A DNA stretch of 64,000 bases from Paramoeba atlantica. Lineage: Eukaryota; Protista; Discosea. A program made the position numbers and the translations under genes. Location of the stretch: NCBI GenBank assembly GCA_977017575.1, contig CDRNVI010000083.1, forward strand, positions 124,001 through 188,000, given 5' to 3'. Every line of letters begins with the position of its first letter. The first letter of the stretch is position 1. The notes beneath the pieces were generated by a model. The model saw nothing but the letters and a program-made list of their open reading frames with translations, was not told where the DNA came from and did not search any database. Of this stretch, positions 10,936 through 21,959 are shown in pieces.

Positions 10936-11426
10936 GCTATTGACAGCATACTCTCCATTCCTGGTAGGAATATTAAGAGGGTATAGGAATATTACGAGGT
11001 ATAGGAATATTAAAAAAATAGCAGAAAAGGACCATTTTTTTTTCGCGCCGCTTCGCGACGCGATCTTTGATCCTGTGCTCGTTTTGATCTGTTTTAGACT
11101 TGTGTGTGCGCTGGGCTTGCTACAGTAAATGTCACTATTCTGAGCGTCGCTAAAAATAAGAATTGGGCTGTCAACGTACAAATGGCTAAAATGAGAATGC
11201 ACCTTGAAAAATGAGAATGGAGCTTCGGTCATGTGTCAACGTTCCCTCAATTTTACACTCAAAAATGAGAATTGAAAAAAAAGCTTTCGTTCTCTCACTG
11301 ATCAACTCACTGCTTCATCTTCACTCACTGGAGAGTATGCGAGAGATCAGTGGAGATCACTGGAGATATCGTATACCCCTCATTAATGGACCCCCCCAGT
11401 GGACACTGCAAGTTTATCCTCCCTGT

Positions 11427-11468
11427 GGATGGCACAGGATGGCACGAAATGGCACAGGATGGCACGAC
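11427..11468. repeat. 10-bp minisatellite (GATGGCACAG-type); second array at 12310..12362
   Basis: GGATGGCACAGGATGGCACGAAATGGCACAGGAT is identical at both loci. Confidence 0.75.
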
Positions 11469-13128
11469 GAGTCTAGTTTTAGGAATCTTCATCCTCCTAA
11501 GTAGCAATTTTAAATTGGAGTAAATTTTCGGATGCTCTTTTGTACTGTAGTTTTGCATATTGTTTGATAATTCATAATTTGGAGGTGTATTTACGTCACG
11601 AGTGGGGAGGTAAGTAAGCACAATCTTCCAGCTACCCTAATCTTCTCTCGCGAAAAAAGCGCCGTCGTAGTGATGATGAATTGAAGCAAACTACAGTAAC
11701 TTAGACCATTTCATTGTTTATGATAAGAATTGTACGGAAAGAACAGCTTCTTCTGATTCTCTTCACCTCACTATCCTCGAGCCATGAACTCATTTGAACT
11801 TATGGAAGAGAAGTAACGTAATATAAAAAAATGTTAACCACCGCGTTTAATGGAGCGACTACAAACTTGTACTGATAGTTGTTACTGCTTATGAGTTCCC
11901 CCAATTCTGGTGCGCTTATGAGTTCCTTTTTCTAAGGCGAATATTTTTGTACCCACTTTTCGCGAAGCGATCTTTTTTTTTGCACAGAACCCAAATTCAC
12001 AAAAATCCCAACAAACGTACGTCAGACTGCTCTACAGACTCGCTCACTGAGCGGATAATCATTTTACCGCCAGTATTATTGTCAACGAGAATCCGCGGCG
12101 CTTCGCGCCGCGGGCCCGAATTTTCGCTTTTTTATGGCTCGATTTCTGGTCTCGTACGCTTATGAGCTCCTTTTTCTCAAAACCGGGGAACTCATAAGCA
12201 GGAGGGGTATAGTGCTTGGAACCACCCCGACTCTTCTTGTAAACGGGTACCAAGATCCACATGAAGGCGAGCGCCAAAGGTGGTCATTGTGCCAAAAAAA
12301 ATCGCTTTGGATGGCACAGGATGGCACGAAATGGCACAGGATAGCACCGAATGGCACAGGATAACTGCATAGTGTCCATACAGGAAGGGATATGTCAGTA
12401 CATGGTGCGAGGAGAAACACAGGGGGGAAGACCGAGTACATGCACTTGCCCAGAGGGAAGACTGAAGCAATCGCTGCAAACACCAGTACTTCATTCTTAT
12501 GAACGAAGTAAGGGTGAACGAAACCGATGAAATTCCGAAAAATGAAACTTTTTTGACGTCGGAACTTAGGTGTTGAGGATAAACTAGGTAAGCAAAAGCA
12601 TGTAAAATGGGTGAAAAAACGTTGCAAAGGCACCAGAATATGAATCTGGAGTGAAGAGATGAAAACTATAAAAAAATCAAAAAAATCGATTTTGGGGTAC
12701 ATTTTCGATGGCATTAATACGAAATATTTTTTCGAATTTTTTGCTTTTCGAAATCGAGCGCAGGGAACTGGTAGAGTAGGCCGCGGCGATAATTTTCCAC
12801 CCCCCACCTGGGGGTACCCCCCCTGGTACGCGCAGGAGGGGTCCGACAAGGTCAAAAATTCCGAAATTTTTGGGATGACCAAAACAAATTGTCCAAAAAC
12901 AAAGTAAAAATAATGTTTTTTCAAAATCGACTCCCAAAACGTATTTTAAGAGCTTTTCACCTCAGCCACCATTCTACGACGTTTTTTTCGACAGATTCGC
13001 CTCCTACCCCTACTGGTAAGGTATCAAAAACGGCCCAAATTCGGGGTAAAAATTCGCAATTTTCACCGAAAAATCCAGCTTTTTCATCCAAAATAAGTAG
13101 ATTATTCATGATCTTTTGGCGATTTCTC

Positions 13129-13237
13129 TTTTTTAGGCTCTTCGTTAAACGCGGTGGTAGTTTTCAACGCGAAGCGCTCAGCGTGAGTGACGTCTAAGTT
13201 GAAAACAACCACCGCGTTTAGCGAAGAGCCTAAAAAA
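13129..13237. repeat. 109-bp palindrome, copy 2
   Basis: Same arms and spacer as copy 1. Here the inverted symmetry extends further into the flanks (TTGGCGATTT / AAATCGCCAA). Confidence 0.9.
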
Positions 13238-13344
13238 GTAAAATCGCCAATTAATTGGTCGCCAAAGATTTTGTTCACTTTTTCCCCAAATTTGCCCCGG
13301 ACGTGGCCCGTTTTTTTGCCGATTTTTTTTAACAAAAACAAATA

Positions 13345-13908
13345 CCGTCAAAGTACTTATTAACGGAATAAAAATCATTGGAATAAAAATTAACGGAATA
13401 ATTATTATTTTTAGATTTTCACCAAAATTTTTCAAAAAAGTTTAGTCGGTTGTCGGTCTGTTCATCAACAAAATTCAAAATATTTCTCTCCGGAAGAAAA
13501 AATACGACGTCACCGCGAAAGGAAACGTCACCGCGAATCGATTACGACGTATCCGCATAAGTTACAAGATAGATGTATTGAAAGGTTTTATCCAACCAAA
13601 TCACGTTACTGATATTGACTAAGGTTTCGATATCTTTAAGAACGTTTAGTATGTTTTCATATCATGTTTACTTGGTTTTTTTCCGCTCATTCTTAAGGTT
13701 GGCCTTGTTTTTCCCTCATGTAAACATACGTAATCGGATTTCTTAATATGTTTTGAAGATTTTTTGAAGACCTTTTCATTAATATTCTCTATTGAAGCTT
13801 AAATTTTGCTACGAATTTCGTAAAAATCATTGGAATAATAATTAACGGAATAATTTCCTCCCAAAAAAAATCCGTTAATTATTATTTTGTTAATAAGTAC
13901 TTTGACGG
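13345..13908. mobile_element. TA-flanked MITE
   Basis: TA|CCGTCAAAGTACTTATTAAC ... GTTAATAAGTACTTTGACGG|TA. Confidence 0.8.
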
Positions 13909-14295
13909 TACATTTGATTTTCAAAATTGATTTAGAGGAAGTGGTAGCACACGCCTCGGAGATTATTTTTCACCGACACAGCGGGGGGAAACTCTTCGTT
14001 GTGCTCTCTTCTTCTACTGTATATCAGAAGGTGGCCAGCTGGCCATAAAAAATCGTACTTTTTTTCGCTCATTCGTTATCCCGCCGGCCACTGAAGCAGG
14101 TTTAAAAAACAAATATAAACCCCGTTCCGGGTTAATGTGCCTAGAGCCTGTTATTGTGCATGGGGGACACAATAAGTGGAAACGACCACTATTATTGTGC
14201 CCACCCTCCAAAATATGGCGAAAAAATTTGGAGGGGATGTTTTATTCCCATTTTCTCGAAATTGACTGTTTGTTCAACAACACATCTCTTAAATA

Positions 14296-15009
14296 CAGTC
14301 ACGATTCTCGGAATGCTCAGTTGTACGTTGACACAAAAAAACGGCTTTTTTGTGGTTTTTCGTCACGATTCTCAGAATTGGTCTGTTGAACGTTGACAGG
14401 CACTTTTTCATGAGGTCAAATCATAATTCTCATTTTCAAAAAAAGAAAACGTTTTGCAAGAAAAATGTTAGCAGCGAAGCAACTGGCCGCTTTGGGTGTA
14501 CAAAAATGACCCCCAGAGATCTCCAACTATCTCCTTGGTTTACGGAGTCGCCGCTCTATCAGAAGAACACCGCGCAGTCAAACAGCGCCAGTTTTCCTTT
14601 CGTGTAATAGCGTTTTGTTTTCAGAAAAACAAAGTTTCATTACTCATACACTACCCCACCCCCTTGTTTTCCACGGTGCCCAGGGGGGGGGTATATTGGG
14701 TAACGATTATACCCCCCCCCCCCCCCCGGTATATAAAAGGGTACCCGGTACATTAAGTCGTACCCCCGTTTAGTTGGAGATCTCTAGGGGTCATTTTTGT
14801 GTACCCAAAGCGGCCAGTTGTTCCGCCGCTAACATTTTTCTTGCGAAACGTTTTCTTTTTTAAAAATGAGAATTATGATTTGACCTCATGAAAAAGTGCC
14901 TGTCAAAGTTCAACAGACCAATTCTGAGAATCGTGACGAAAAACGACAAAAAAGCCGTTTTTATGTGTCAACGTACAACTGAGCATTCCGAGAATAGTGA
15001 CGTTTACTG
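14296..15009. mobile_element. Fold-back MITE with about 240-bp TIRs
   Basis: 14296..14530 is the near-perfect reverse complement of 14770..15009; CAGT termini flanked by TA. Related left end near 11122. Confidence 0.85.
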
Positions 15010-15236
15010 TATTTGAATGAAAAAATCGTACAAAAAAGGGAATTTCGAGGGATGAATTTTGTGGATCTCAAATAAAGACAGGGTAGGTGTCAGGGAGAGG
15101 GGGGTAGGAATATTAAGCACCATTAGGACACTTAATATTCCTGGTAGGAATAATACGAGGGTATAGGAATATTAACCTGGACAGTGGTTTAATTACCTTA
15201 ATAAGTGTTTTGACGGTATGCGATACAGAACAAAAC

Positions 15237-15302
15237 TTTTTTAGGCTCTTCGTTAAACACGGTGGTTGTTTTCAACGCGAGGCGCGCAGCATGAATGACT
15301 TC
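15237..15302. repeat. Half copy of the 109-bp palindrome (copy 3, spacer inverted, truncated)
   Basis: Left arm plus most of the spacer, then an abrupt switch into the 38-bp inverted repeat. Confidence 0.85.
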
Positions 15303-15642
15303 CTATTGGAGGTTCGGGGTCTCCTTTAACCTTGCTAAACCGGTCCAAAGCCCGGGGCTATGTAAACAAATACATAGAAAGGTGATGGAAGGACTCTTGT
15401 GAACTTATGAAAATGATTGATGAAAATGATTGCATTCTAGAATCGAGGATTCCCAGTTATTTTTTTGGTTTGTAAAAGATCGCTTTTCCGTAAACCTTTA
15501 TCATTTTTTTTACCTAGCCATTTTCATGTTTTTACAGCGCGGACAATGTATACGTAAAAACAGAGAGGGGGGGAGATGCGTCCGACCCGCGGGCCTTGTC
15601 CCTCGCAGGGTTAAAGGAGACCCCGAACCTCCAATAGGAAGT
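15298..15642. repeat. 345-bp segment bounded by a 38-bp inverted repeat, no TSD
   Basis: ACTTCCTATTGGAGGTTCGGGGTCTCCTTTAACC(T/C)TGC at 15298..15335 and its reverse complement at 15605..15642, one mismatch. Confidence 0.8.
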
Positions 15643-15923
15643 ACCGCGTATGGAGCCGATTGTGCCCATACACTTCGAGCGAGATGCGCACACTTCCTGC
15701 AGAGGGCAGGGGTCGGACGCCTAACCACAAGACACAGCGCGGAGGCTGCCACGTTAAGGCATTAGAATATTTTAGTTTTATTTTATAAGGATGTTTTATA
15801 AAGATGACCGGCATTCATAGCTTGCACCTCAGAAGACACATGGCTCCAAAACATGTACGACTAATAGCTGAGATCCCTAGTTCCACCTCAAATAGTTGTC
15901 CTCAATAGCGTGATCACTGCGGG

Positions 15924-16500
15924 TTAGTAAGTCAATTAATCAATTAGTTAGTCAGTTAGTTAGCTAGTCAGTCAGTCAGTCAGTCAGTTAGTTAGTTAGT
16001 TAGTTAGTTAGTGAGTGAGTGAGTCAATCAGTCAGTCAGTTAGTTAGCTAGTTAGTTAGTTAGTTAAGTTAGTTTTAGTTAATTAGTCAGTCAGTCAGTT
16101 AGTTAGCTAGTTAGTTAGTTAGTTAAGTTAGTTTTAGTTAATTAGTCAGTTAGTCAGTTAGTTAATCAGTTAGTTAGTCAGTGAATCAGTCAGTCAGTTA
16201 GTTGGTCAGTCAGTTCGTTAGTTAATCAGTTAGTCAGTTAGTTAGTTAGTTAGTCAGTCGCTTAGTGAGTTAGTTAGTTAGTTGGTTGGTTAGTTAGTCA
16301 GTTAGTTAGTTAGTTAGTTAGTTACTTGGTCAGTCAGTTCGTTAGTTAATCAGTTAGTCAGTTAGTTAGTTAGTCAGTCGCTTAGTGAGTTAGTGAGTGA
16401 GTTAGTTAGTTGGTTAGTTAGTTAGTCAGTTAGTTAGTTAGTTAGTCATTTAGTTAGTTAGTCTATGGGTAGCTGGGTTAGTTAAGCGATTAGTTGGTTG
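15924..16500. repeat. (TTAG/TCAG)n tetranucleotide satellite with higher-order duplications
   Basis: Seen directly. Block about 16200..16320 is repeated at about 16325..16445. Confidence 0.95.
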
Positions 16501-16742
16501 GTCTATTCTTTAGTCTTCAATCAGTTAATCTTTTGGCCAGTTAATAGTCAGTGGAAAGTTTGTTATTTTTAGAGAAAAGTTTATGAATTGAGGTGCTACT
16601 GAGCTAGTTTAGGCCTAGTTGCTTAATTTCTTCCTGAATATTTCAATACGACCTTACATTGGTATGAACTACGGAGGATTCACTACGATAAACTAACTGC
16701 GTCCTTATTCAGCATATTTTCATCAGCTTTTACTTTTTTGAT

Positions 16743-17879
16743 ATGGTTGACGCCATTCCTGAAGTTGTACCCACTGAAAGTACGCTTTCTGAGGGCCGCG
16801 CTGCGTTTCTTGAGCTGTGCTCCATGAAGCGCATGCGATTGACGATAAAAGAGAAGCTTGTTCAGCTTCTCCCAACCGCCATTGAGTTTGTAAAGTCCTA
16901 CATGTCAGTTACTCCCTTGTTAGAAGAAGCTTCTGCAGTGGCTGGAGATGGAGACACGACACGCGGCGCACAAGTGATCATCCGCACCGTAACTGCTCTC
17001 AAAAGTGGTAACTTTTCTTCGCGTGATGTTTCTCAGCCGGTTCTTGTGGCTTTACGCGATCAGCTATGCGTTCACGAGGGCGCCCTCACTGCCCCTAGTT
17101 CTCAATCTGTAGCTCCCCAAGAAGACGACCAGCGTAAGATGGGCCGCCTGCCCAAGGATATGCAAGAGCCTTTTCGTTCCATTGTAGGAACACGGGAGGA
17201 TCCCCGTTGTTCTGAAGCGTTGCATCAGTGTCTTAACCAAACTGGTTTTAGCGCTGCGACTTGGCTCACGCCACGGGTCAAGGAGGCTGTGCGTAACGCC
17301 GTCGGCACCCTCCCAGACTCAGTTTACTATGCAAAACTGGTCTCCGAATTCCCCCCGGACTCGCGGCTCACCTCCTTGGATTCAGAAGGAGTTCGTCTTG
17401 GAGTTTGGACCCTCCTTTGTAAGCTGGGAGGCGCTCTCCTGTCCTATCAGCTGGCGCACGAAAATGCCCACGTGCCAGCCGAAACCCTGGAGAAACTGAT
17501 GCTCGACGACGCATCAGAACGATCAAACAAGTCGATCGTCTCCTTTCTTGCTGGGCACACGCGAGCGCTCAGTATCATTACTGAGCAGCAGCAAACAAAG
17601 CGAGTCCCCCTTCCGTCTTTCTCTGGTCCCCGCCCTCAGTCTTTCATGCCCCGCTCTCAGTCTTTCGTTCCCCGTCCTCAGTCTATGGCCAGTCAAATTC
17701 CACTGAAAGAGACGAGAGTTAAGAAAACCTGGCATTTTCCAAATGCCCCGGCGGGCACGTGTCGGCATTGCGGAAAGCGGGGGCATCGCATAAGTGACTG
17801 CCGTGTCCCCGAGGCCAGTGTCCTGCGTACTCTCAATCGGGACAAGGGGAAGGTGCGACCCGGAAATAACCAACACTAA
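16743..17879 (+). CDS. Gag-like protein
   Basis: Intact 378-aa ORF with CX2CX4HX4C knuckle CRHCGKRGHRISDC near the C-terminus. Confidence 0.8.
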   Translation: MVDAIPEVVPTESTLSEGRAAFLELCSMKRMRLTIKEKLVQLLPTAIEFVKSYMSVTPLLEEASAVAGDGDTTRGAQVIIRTVTALKSGNFSSRDVSQPVLVALRDQLCVHEGALTAPSSQSVAPQEDDQRKMGRLPKDMQEPFRSIVGTREDPRCSEALHQCLNQTGFSAATWLTPRVKEAVRNAVGTLPDSVYYAKLVSEFPPDSRLTSLDSEGVRLGVWTLLCKLGGALLSYQLAHENAHVPAETLEKLMLDDASERSNKSIVSFLAGHTRALSIITEQQQTKRVPLPSFSGPRPQSFMPRSQSFVPRPQSMASQIPLKETRVKKTWHFPNAPAGTCRHCGKRGHRISDCRVPEASVLRTLNRDKGKVRPGNNQH

Positions 17880-18498
17880 GCTTACAGACGGCCTTTTATT
17901 TTCGACAAAAAGGATGTTTCTTAGTCATTGGCATGCGTTATGATACGATTTGTATGCTCTTTCTAATTGTTTCTCACAGTTTTTAGTTGATGCCAATGTT
18001 TATCGCAAACTAGTTGTTTTTTCGTTTCTTGGTGCATAGTTGTTAAATGAGCAGCGCTTAGTTTTCTTATAGCTTTATTATATGGGCAGTATCTTCGTAC
18101 GCTTACTATTTTTTAATTCATGGGGCATACTCTTACATGGGTTGACATCAGATTTAGGCACGGTTCATTCGATAGGTTGTTCAATTTATTTATACAACAA
18201 GGAGTATTGAAAACTTACATTGGACTCAAAAATAATGTTCAACAAATAGTTTAGTTTTAAAAATCCATATTTAGCAAGAAAAGTCTTCCTACGACGCGAG
18301 AAGAAATATCTACAATAAAAAATTTAGTATAGCATTGTGGAATATAGTGAGTGACGTGGTTTAAGGTATGGTTGGCATTGCAGTCACATGTAGATCTGAG
18401 CTACTTGGACCCATTGACTTAACTCTATTAGCTAAGAATTCAGCGAAGAATTATAGAATTGTTATAGAAAAACATTAGTGAATTTACGCAAAAGAAAA

Positions 18499-19365
18499 AT
18501 GGTGCGACAGAGAAGACAGCGCACGCAAGAGTCAGAAATTCGGGACGCTTACGAACGTTACCTTTCTCTCGATGTCCATCGTCACCTTTCTCAGCTTTTA
18601 CTCCTCAAAGTGCTGCAAGACGAGAGTTCTATTTTGCACGACTAGAAAGTCTTCTACGAGTGCACAGTGTGGCTGAAATATCTGAGGAACAATTTCTAGC
18701 TCTATGTGCAAGTCTGGGGCGCTTTTATAGGCCGTCTACATTAGAATCTTTTCGCGCCGCTCTCGTGTGGCGCCAAATAGAAGATCTTTCCATAGAGGAA
18801 TGCTGGACACAGTCCCTTCGGTTTCGAAGGCGTTTTAACGGCGCACTGAAACTGTGTCTAGATCCCGTGCCCCGAGGATCTATAACGTTCAGTCAGTTGC
18901 GAACGTTAGCGTCGGTGTTCCGAGCGCGGTGAAGTAGCCTATGCAAGGGGCCTTATTGTCGCATTTTATGGGCTGTTACGACACAGTGAAATCACTTCCT
19001 TGAGGCGAAGCGACGTAGAGGTGAGTCGTACAGAAGCCTTGTTGCGCATCCGCGGCGGCAAAGGGCAAAGAAGCAATGTTGTAGACATCGTGGAGGTCCC
19101 AGAAGTTCACGATCTCCTAACTCACTTAACAACTTCTAGCAACCACGAGATGCTCTTCCCACGGTGGAAGAAACATCATGCAAATCTACTAATTAGCAAC
19201 GAAGCAAAGAATCAGCTGTGGAATGTCCATCAGACATGGTCTTTCCATTCGCTGCGTCATGGAGGTGCCGGGCATCTCACCAGACAAGGAATTGATCTCT
19301 CAACTCGTCTCCGACGAGGACGCTGGATGTCTGAACAATCAGCATCCAATTACTCTATGATATAG
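18499..19365 (+). pseudogene. Tyrosine recombinase, disrupted by two frameshifts
   Basis: GLLRHSE (R), IRGGKG (K), HSLRHGGA (HxxR), GRW, SNY (Y). Reading frame shifts near 18590 and near 18915. Confidence 0.85.
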
Positions 19366-19662
19366 TTCATGTATGTCATTCTCAAGTATAGTACACGTGC
19401 ATGTACGGGTACATTTCAGATCATGATCCTCCTTTGAGAGAAAGAAGTAAGTAAGAAGAACAAGTAAGTAAGAAGACAGTTCGATAAGAAGACATATCGA
19501 AGACAGTTCAATTAGCCTTGCATCAGTCTAAAGTTTAGTTTGTGCTATAATATTCAAGAGCTTTTCACTCGGTGTTGACGTTCTTCAAGACCCAACCATT
19601 CACCTTTCTAGCTTGAATACTCATATTTCCCCTTACTTTTCTCCCACTTTCTGGTTACACGG

Positions 19663-21321
19663 ATGGGGTATTTTTCACACGTTGAAAGCACAGAGAGTCA
19701 TGCCGAAGCGAACTACTTCACTCCGCCATGCCAAATCACGCGAAGTCGTGGATCGTACGCCACCGACAAGGATGCGTTATGCCCCCTCGTAAATGTGGGA
19801 GGCATGAAAACCAGTCCTTCACTCTTTAATCATTCCCCCTTTGCGAAACGTGCTTTGAGGCTTTTAGCAATGAATCCCTTTGGATCCGAATATGCGGAGA
19901 GAAAACTGGAGGAGACGCCGAACTCCGAACGTTTCAGATCACATATACGGACCCTGGAGAAAGCGAATGTCCTAGTTCCCGCCTCTTGGGAAGTGCCCCA
20001 CGCTGTAGGGAATTATATGGCAGTACTAAAGGATCAAGTCTACGCTCGAGCAATTTTTGACTTACGATGGACGAACGAGCGAACTATTGTAGAAAATATA
20101 CCGTTTCACGTCTTCGGCACCAGCGAACTAGTAAAAGCTCTTATTTTATTAGGAAATACTGCCGAATCCCGAATTAGATTCCTTCATGGAGACATAAAAA
20201 ATATGTACTATCAAATTCCAATTTCTTCTGCACTTAGTTATGCCTGTTGCATTAGACACGGTGGCAGATTATTACGCCCTACGGTTCTTCCTATGGGCTA
20301 CAAACATGCTTGCTCCATTGCACAGAGCATCATGTGGGCTATTCTGTCATATTGTGAACCCAATGATGTGATCTTGACCAGGGTTCGAGAAATTAATAGT
20401 ATGATAGAAGTGCAGGGCATCGTGTACCTTCCTCAAGGAGGATTCATTGCCCTGCTTTATGATTCGTTTCTTCTTGCTGCAACGAGTAACATGCTTGAGC
20501 GTTGGGAAGCTCGCTTAGTTCGGAATTTCAACGTGTTTAACTTAGTTCCGAAATATATAAAACGTGAATGCAACACGTGCAGCTTTACATTTTGTGGCAT
20601 ACAAATACTGCAAAAAGAGGGAAAAACTTATTGGAAAGTGGATCCCTCAACGCAAAGTATTTGGTTCTCGATGTCACGACAACTACGTCCCAACACCCCC
20701 CGCATTTTGTTTCAGTTTGCCGGCTATCTCCGACATGCCCACACGATACTAGGCATTGCGCCTCGAGATCTCGGACGTATCGGAAAGCTACAAAGTGATC
20801 TGGGGAGTATTGAAAATTGGGACGCAAAAATACTCCCCGATTCTGTATCGACTTTAGTTATTGACAAAGTACAACAAGTTGCGTATGCGAACGAAAGAAC
20901 ACGAGATTCCAAAATGTTTTCCCAGCCCACGCTACATAAAAGAGTCTACTTCGCAGCAGTAGATGCCACAACTATACGATTGGCGATCTGGCCAATGAAA
21001 AATGGGGACGTCTTAAAAGATAAAATTGAGCAGTATCTCTGTAAAATGGATATTATACTAGCGGAAGCCACAGCAATAGCAAATGCTATTCGCTGCGCTC
21101 ATAACAATGGTTTTCAATTTGTTGTAATAGCTAATGATAATACGGCTGCGTGTCACTCTTTTGTGAAAGGATATTCCCCGTTAGATACACTGGATCACAT
21201 AATAAAAGGGTGTGAGTGTTTCAAAGGAAAGCTAGTGCTCTGTGACATACCCAGCGAAAAAAACATCGCTGATGTTGGGACGCGACCAGAGAAAGTGTAC
21301 ACTGAATCAGAATACAACTAA
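19663..21321 (+). CDS. Reverse transcriptase / RNase H (DIRS-type)
   Basis: ARAIFDLR, HGDIKNMYYQIP, LPMG, FCGI; RNase H motifs AVDAT, LAEATA, NDNTAA, NIADVGTR. The YxDD position reads LYDS. Confidence 0.88.
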   Translation: MGYFSHVESTESHAEANYFTPPCQITRSRGSYATDKDALCPLVNVGGMKTSPSLFNHSPFAKRALRLLAMNPFGSEYAERKLEETPNSERFRSHIRTLEKANVLVPASWEVPHAVGNYMAVLKDQVYARAIFDLRWTNERTIVENIPFHVFGTSELVKALILLGNTAESRIRFLHGDIKNMYYQIPISSALSYACCIRHGGRLLRPTVLPMGYKHACSIAQSIMWAILSYCEPNDVILTRVREINSMIEVQGIVYLPQGGFIALLYDSFLLAATSNMLERWEARLVRNFNVFNLVPKYIKRECNTCSFTFCGIQILQKEGKTYWKVDPSTQSIWFSMSRQLRPNTPRILFQFAGYLRHAHTILGIAPRDLGRIGKLQSDLGSIENWDAKILPDSVSTLVIDKVQQVAYANERTRDSKMFSQPTLHKRVYFAAVDATTIRLAIWPMKNGDVLKDKIEQYLCKMDIILAEATAIANAIRCAHNNGFQFVVIANDNTAACHSFVKGYSPLDTLDHIIKGCECFKGKLVLCDIPSEKNIADVGTRPEKVYTESEYN

Positions 21322-21847
21322 AGAAAGTTACAGTCGTGGAATCGACTTTGCCGCGCGTGGGACAATTACAAAAGGTTTGGTACGACAATCGCCAGCCGTG
21401 AAGAATGAATTGAACTATTAAATTTAGTTTACAAATGCTCGTAGTTCTGCATATTCACTAACCTTATCCCCGCTGTTAGCTTACGTACTAAATAATACGC
21501 ATACAGTATAAAACAAAACTAAAACACACATACGCAACGTATTCTCTGTACCTTTAGAATTTACATGTATAATATTTTTACTATTTATGAATATCGCTAA
21601 AAATGCTACTCGTGCTTGATCAGGAACCCTCCCAGTGGGACACATGGTAGGTTAACTACGGAGTGCTCTCTGTCACTGGTGAAGGACCTAGGAAGGCCTT
21701 GCGTTCCCGTAACCGCAATGATGCGGGAGCCGGAGTGGTACTTGCGGCGCTTGCATGTGGGGATTGCAGGCGCTCCCGTACCAAACAAACAAACAAATAC
21801 GGAAATTCAAATACGGAATTTTGACGGTATGCGATACAGAACTAAAC

Positions 21848-21956
21848 TTTTTTAGGCTCTTCGATAAACGCGGTGGTTGTTTTCAACTTAGAAGTCACTC
21901 ATGCTGCGCGCTTCGCGTTGAAAACTACCACCGCGTTTAACGAAGAGCCTAAAAAA
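21848..21956. repeat. 109-bp palindrome, copy 4
   Basis: Complete copy. Shares a 28-bp left flank with copy 3. Confidence 0.9.
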
Positions 21957-21959
21957 GAA

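Larger units (their letters stand above)
16743..21321 (+). mobile_element. Tyrosine-recombinase retrotransposon with gag-YR-RT/RNaseH order (VIPER/Ngaro-like)
   Basis: Three consecutive plus-strand ORFs: CCHC gag, YR, RT-RH. Termini not resolved; they probably extend to about 15.2-15.9 kb and 21.8 kb. Confidence 0.85.

Noticed and set aside
12160-12924. 254-aa minus-strand ORF
   Set aside because: Composed of family-X repeat and minisatellite sequence; Phe-rich translation typical of AT-rich non-coding DNA.
15924-16500. Telomeric repeat or CRISPR array
   Set aside because: The unit is TTAG/TCAG, not TTAGGG. No repeat-spacer periodicity occurs anywhere in the window.
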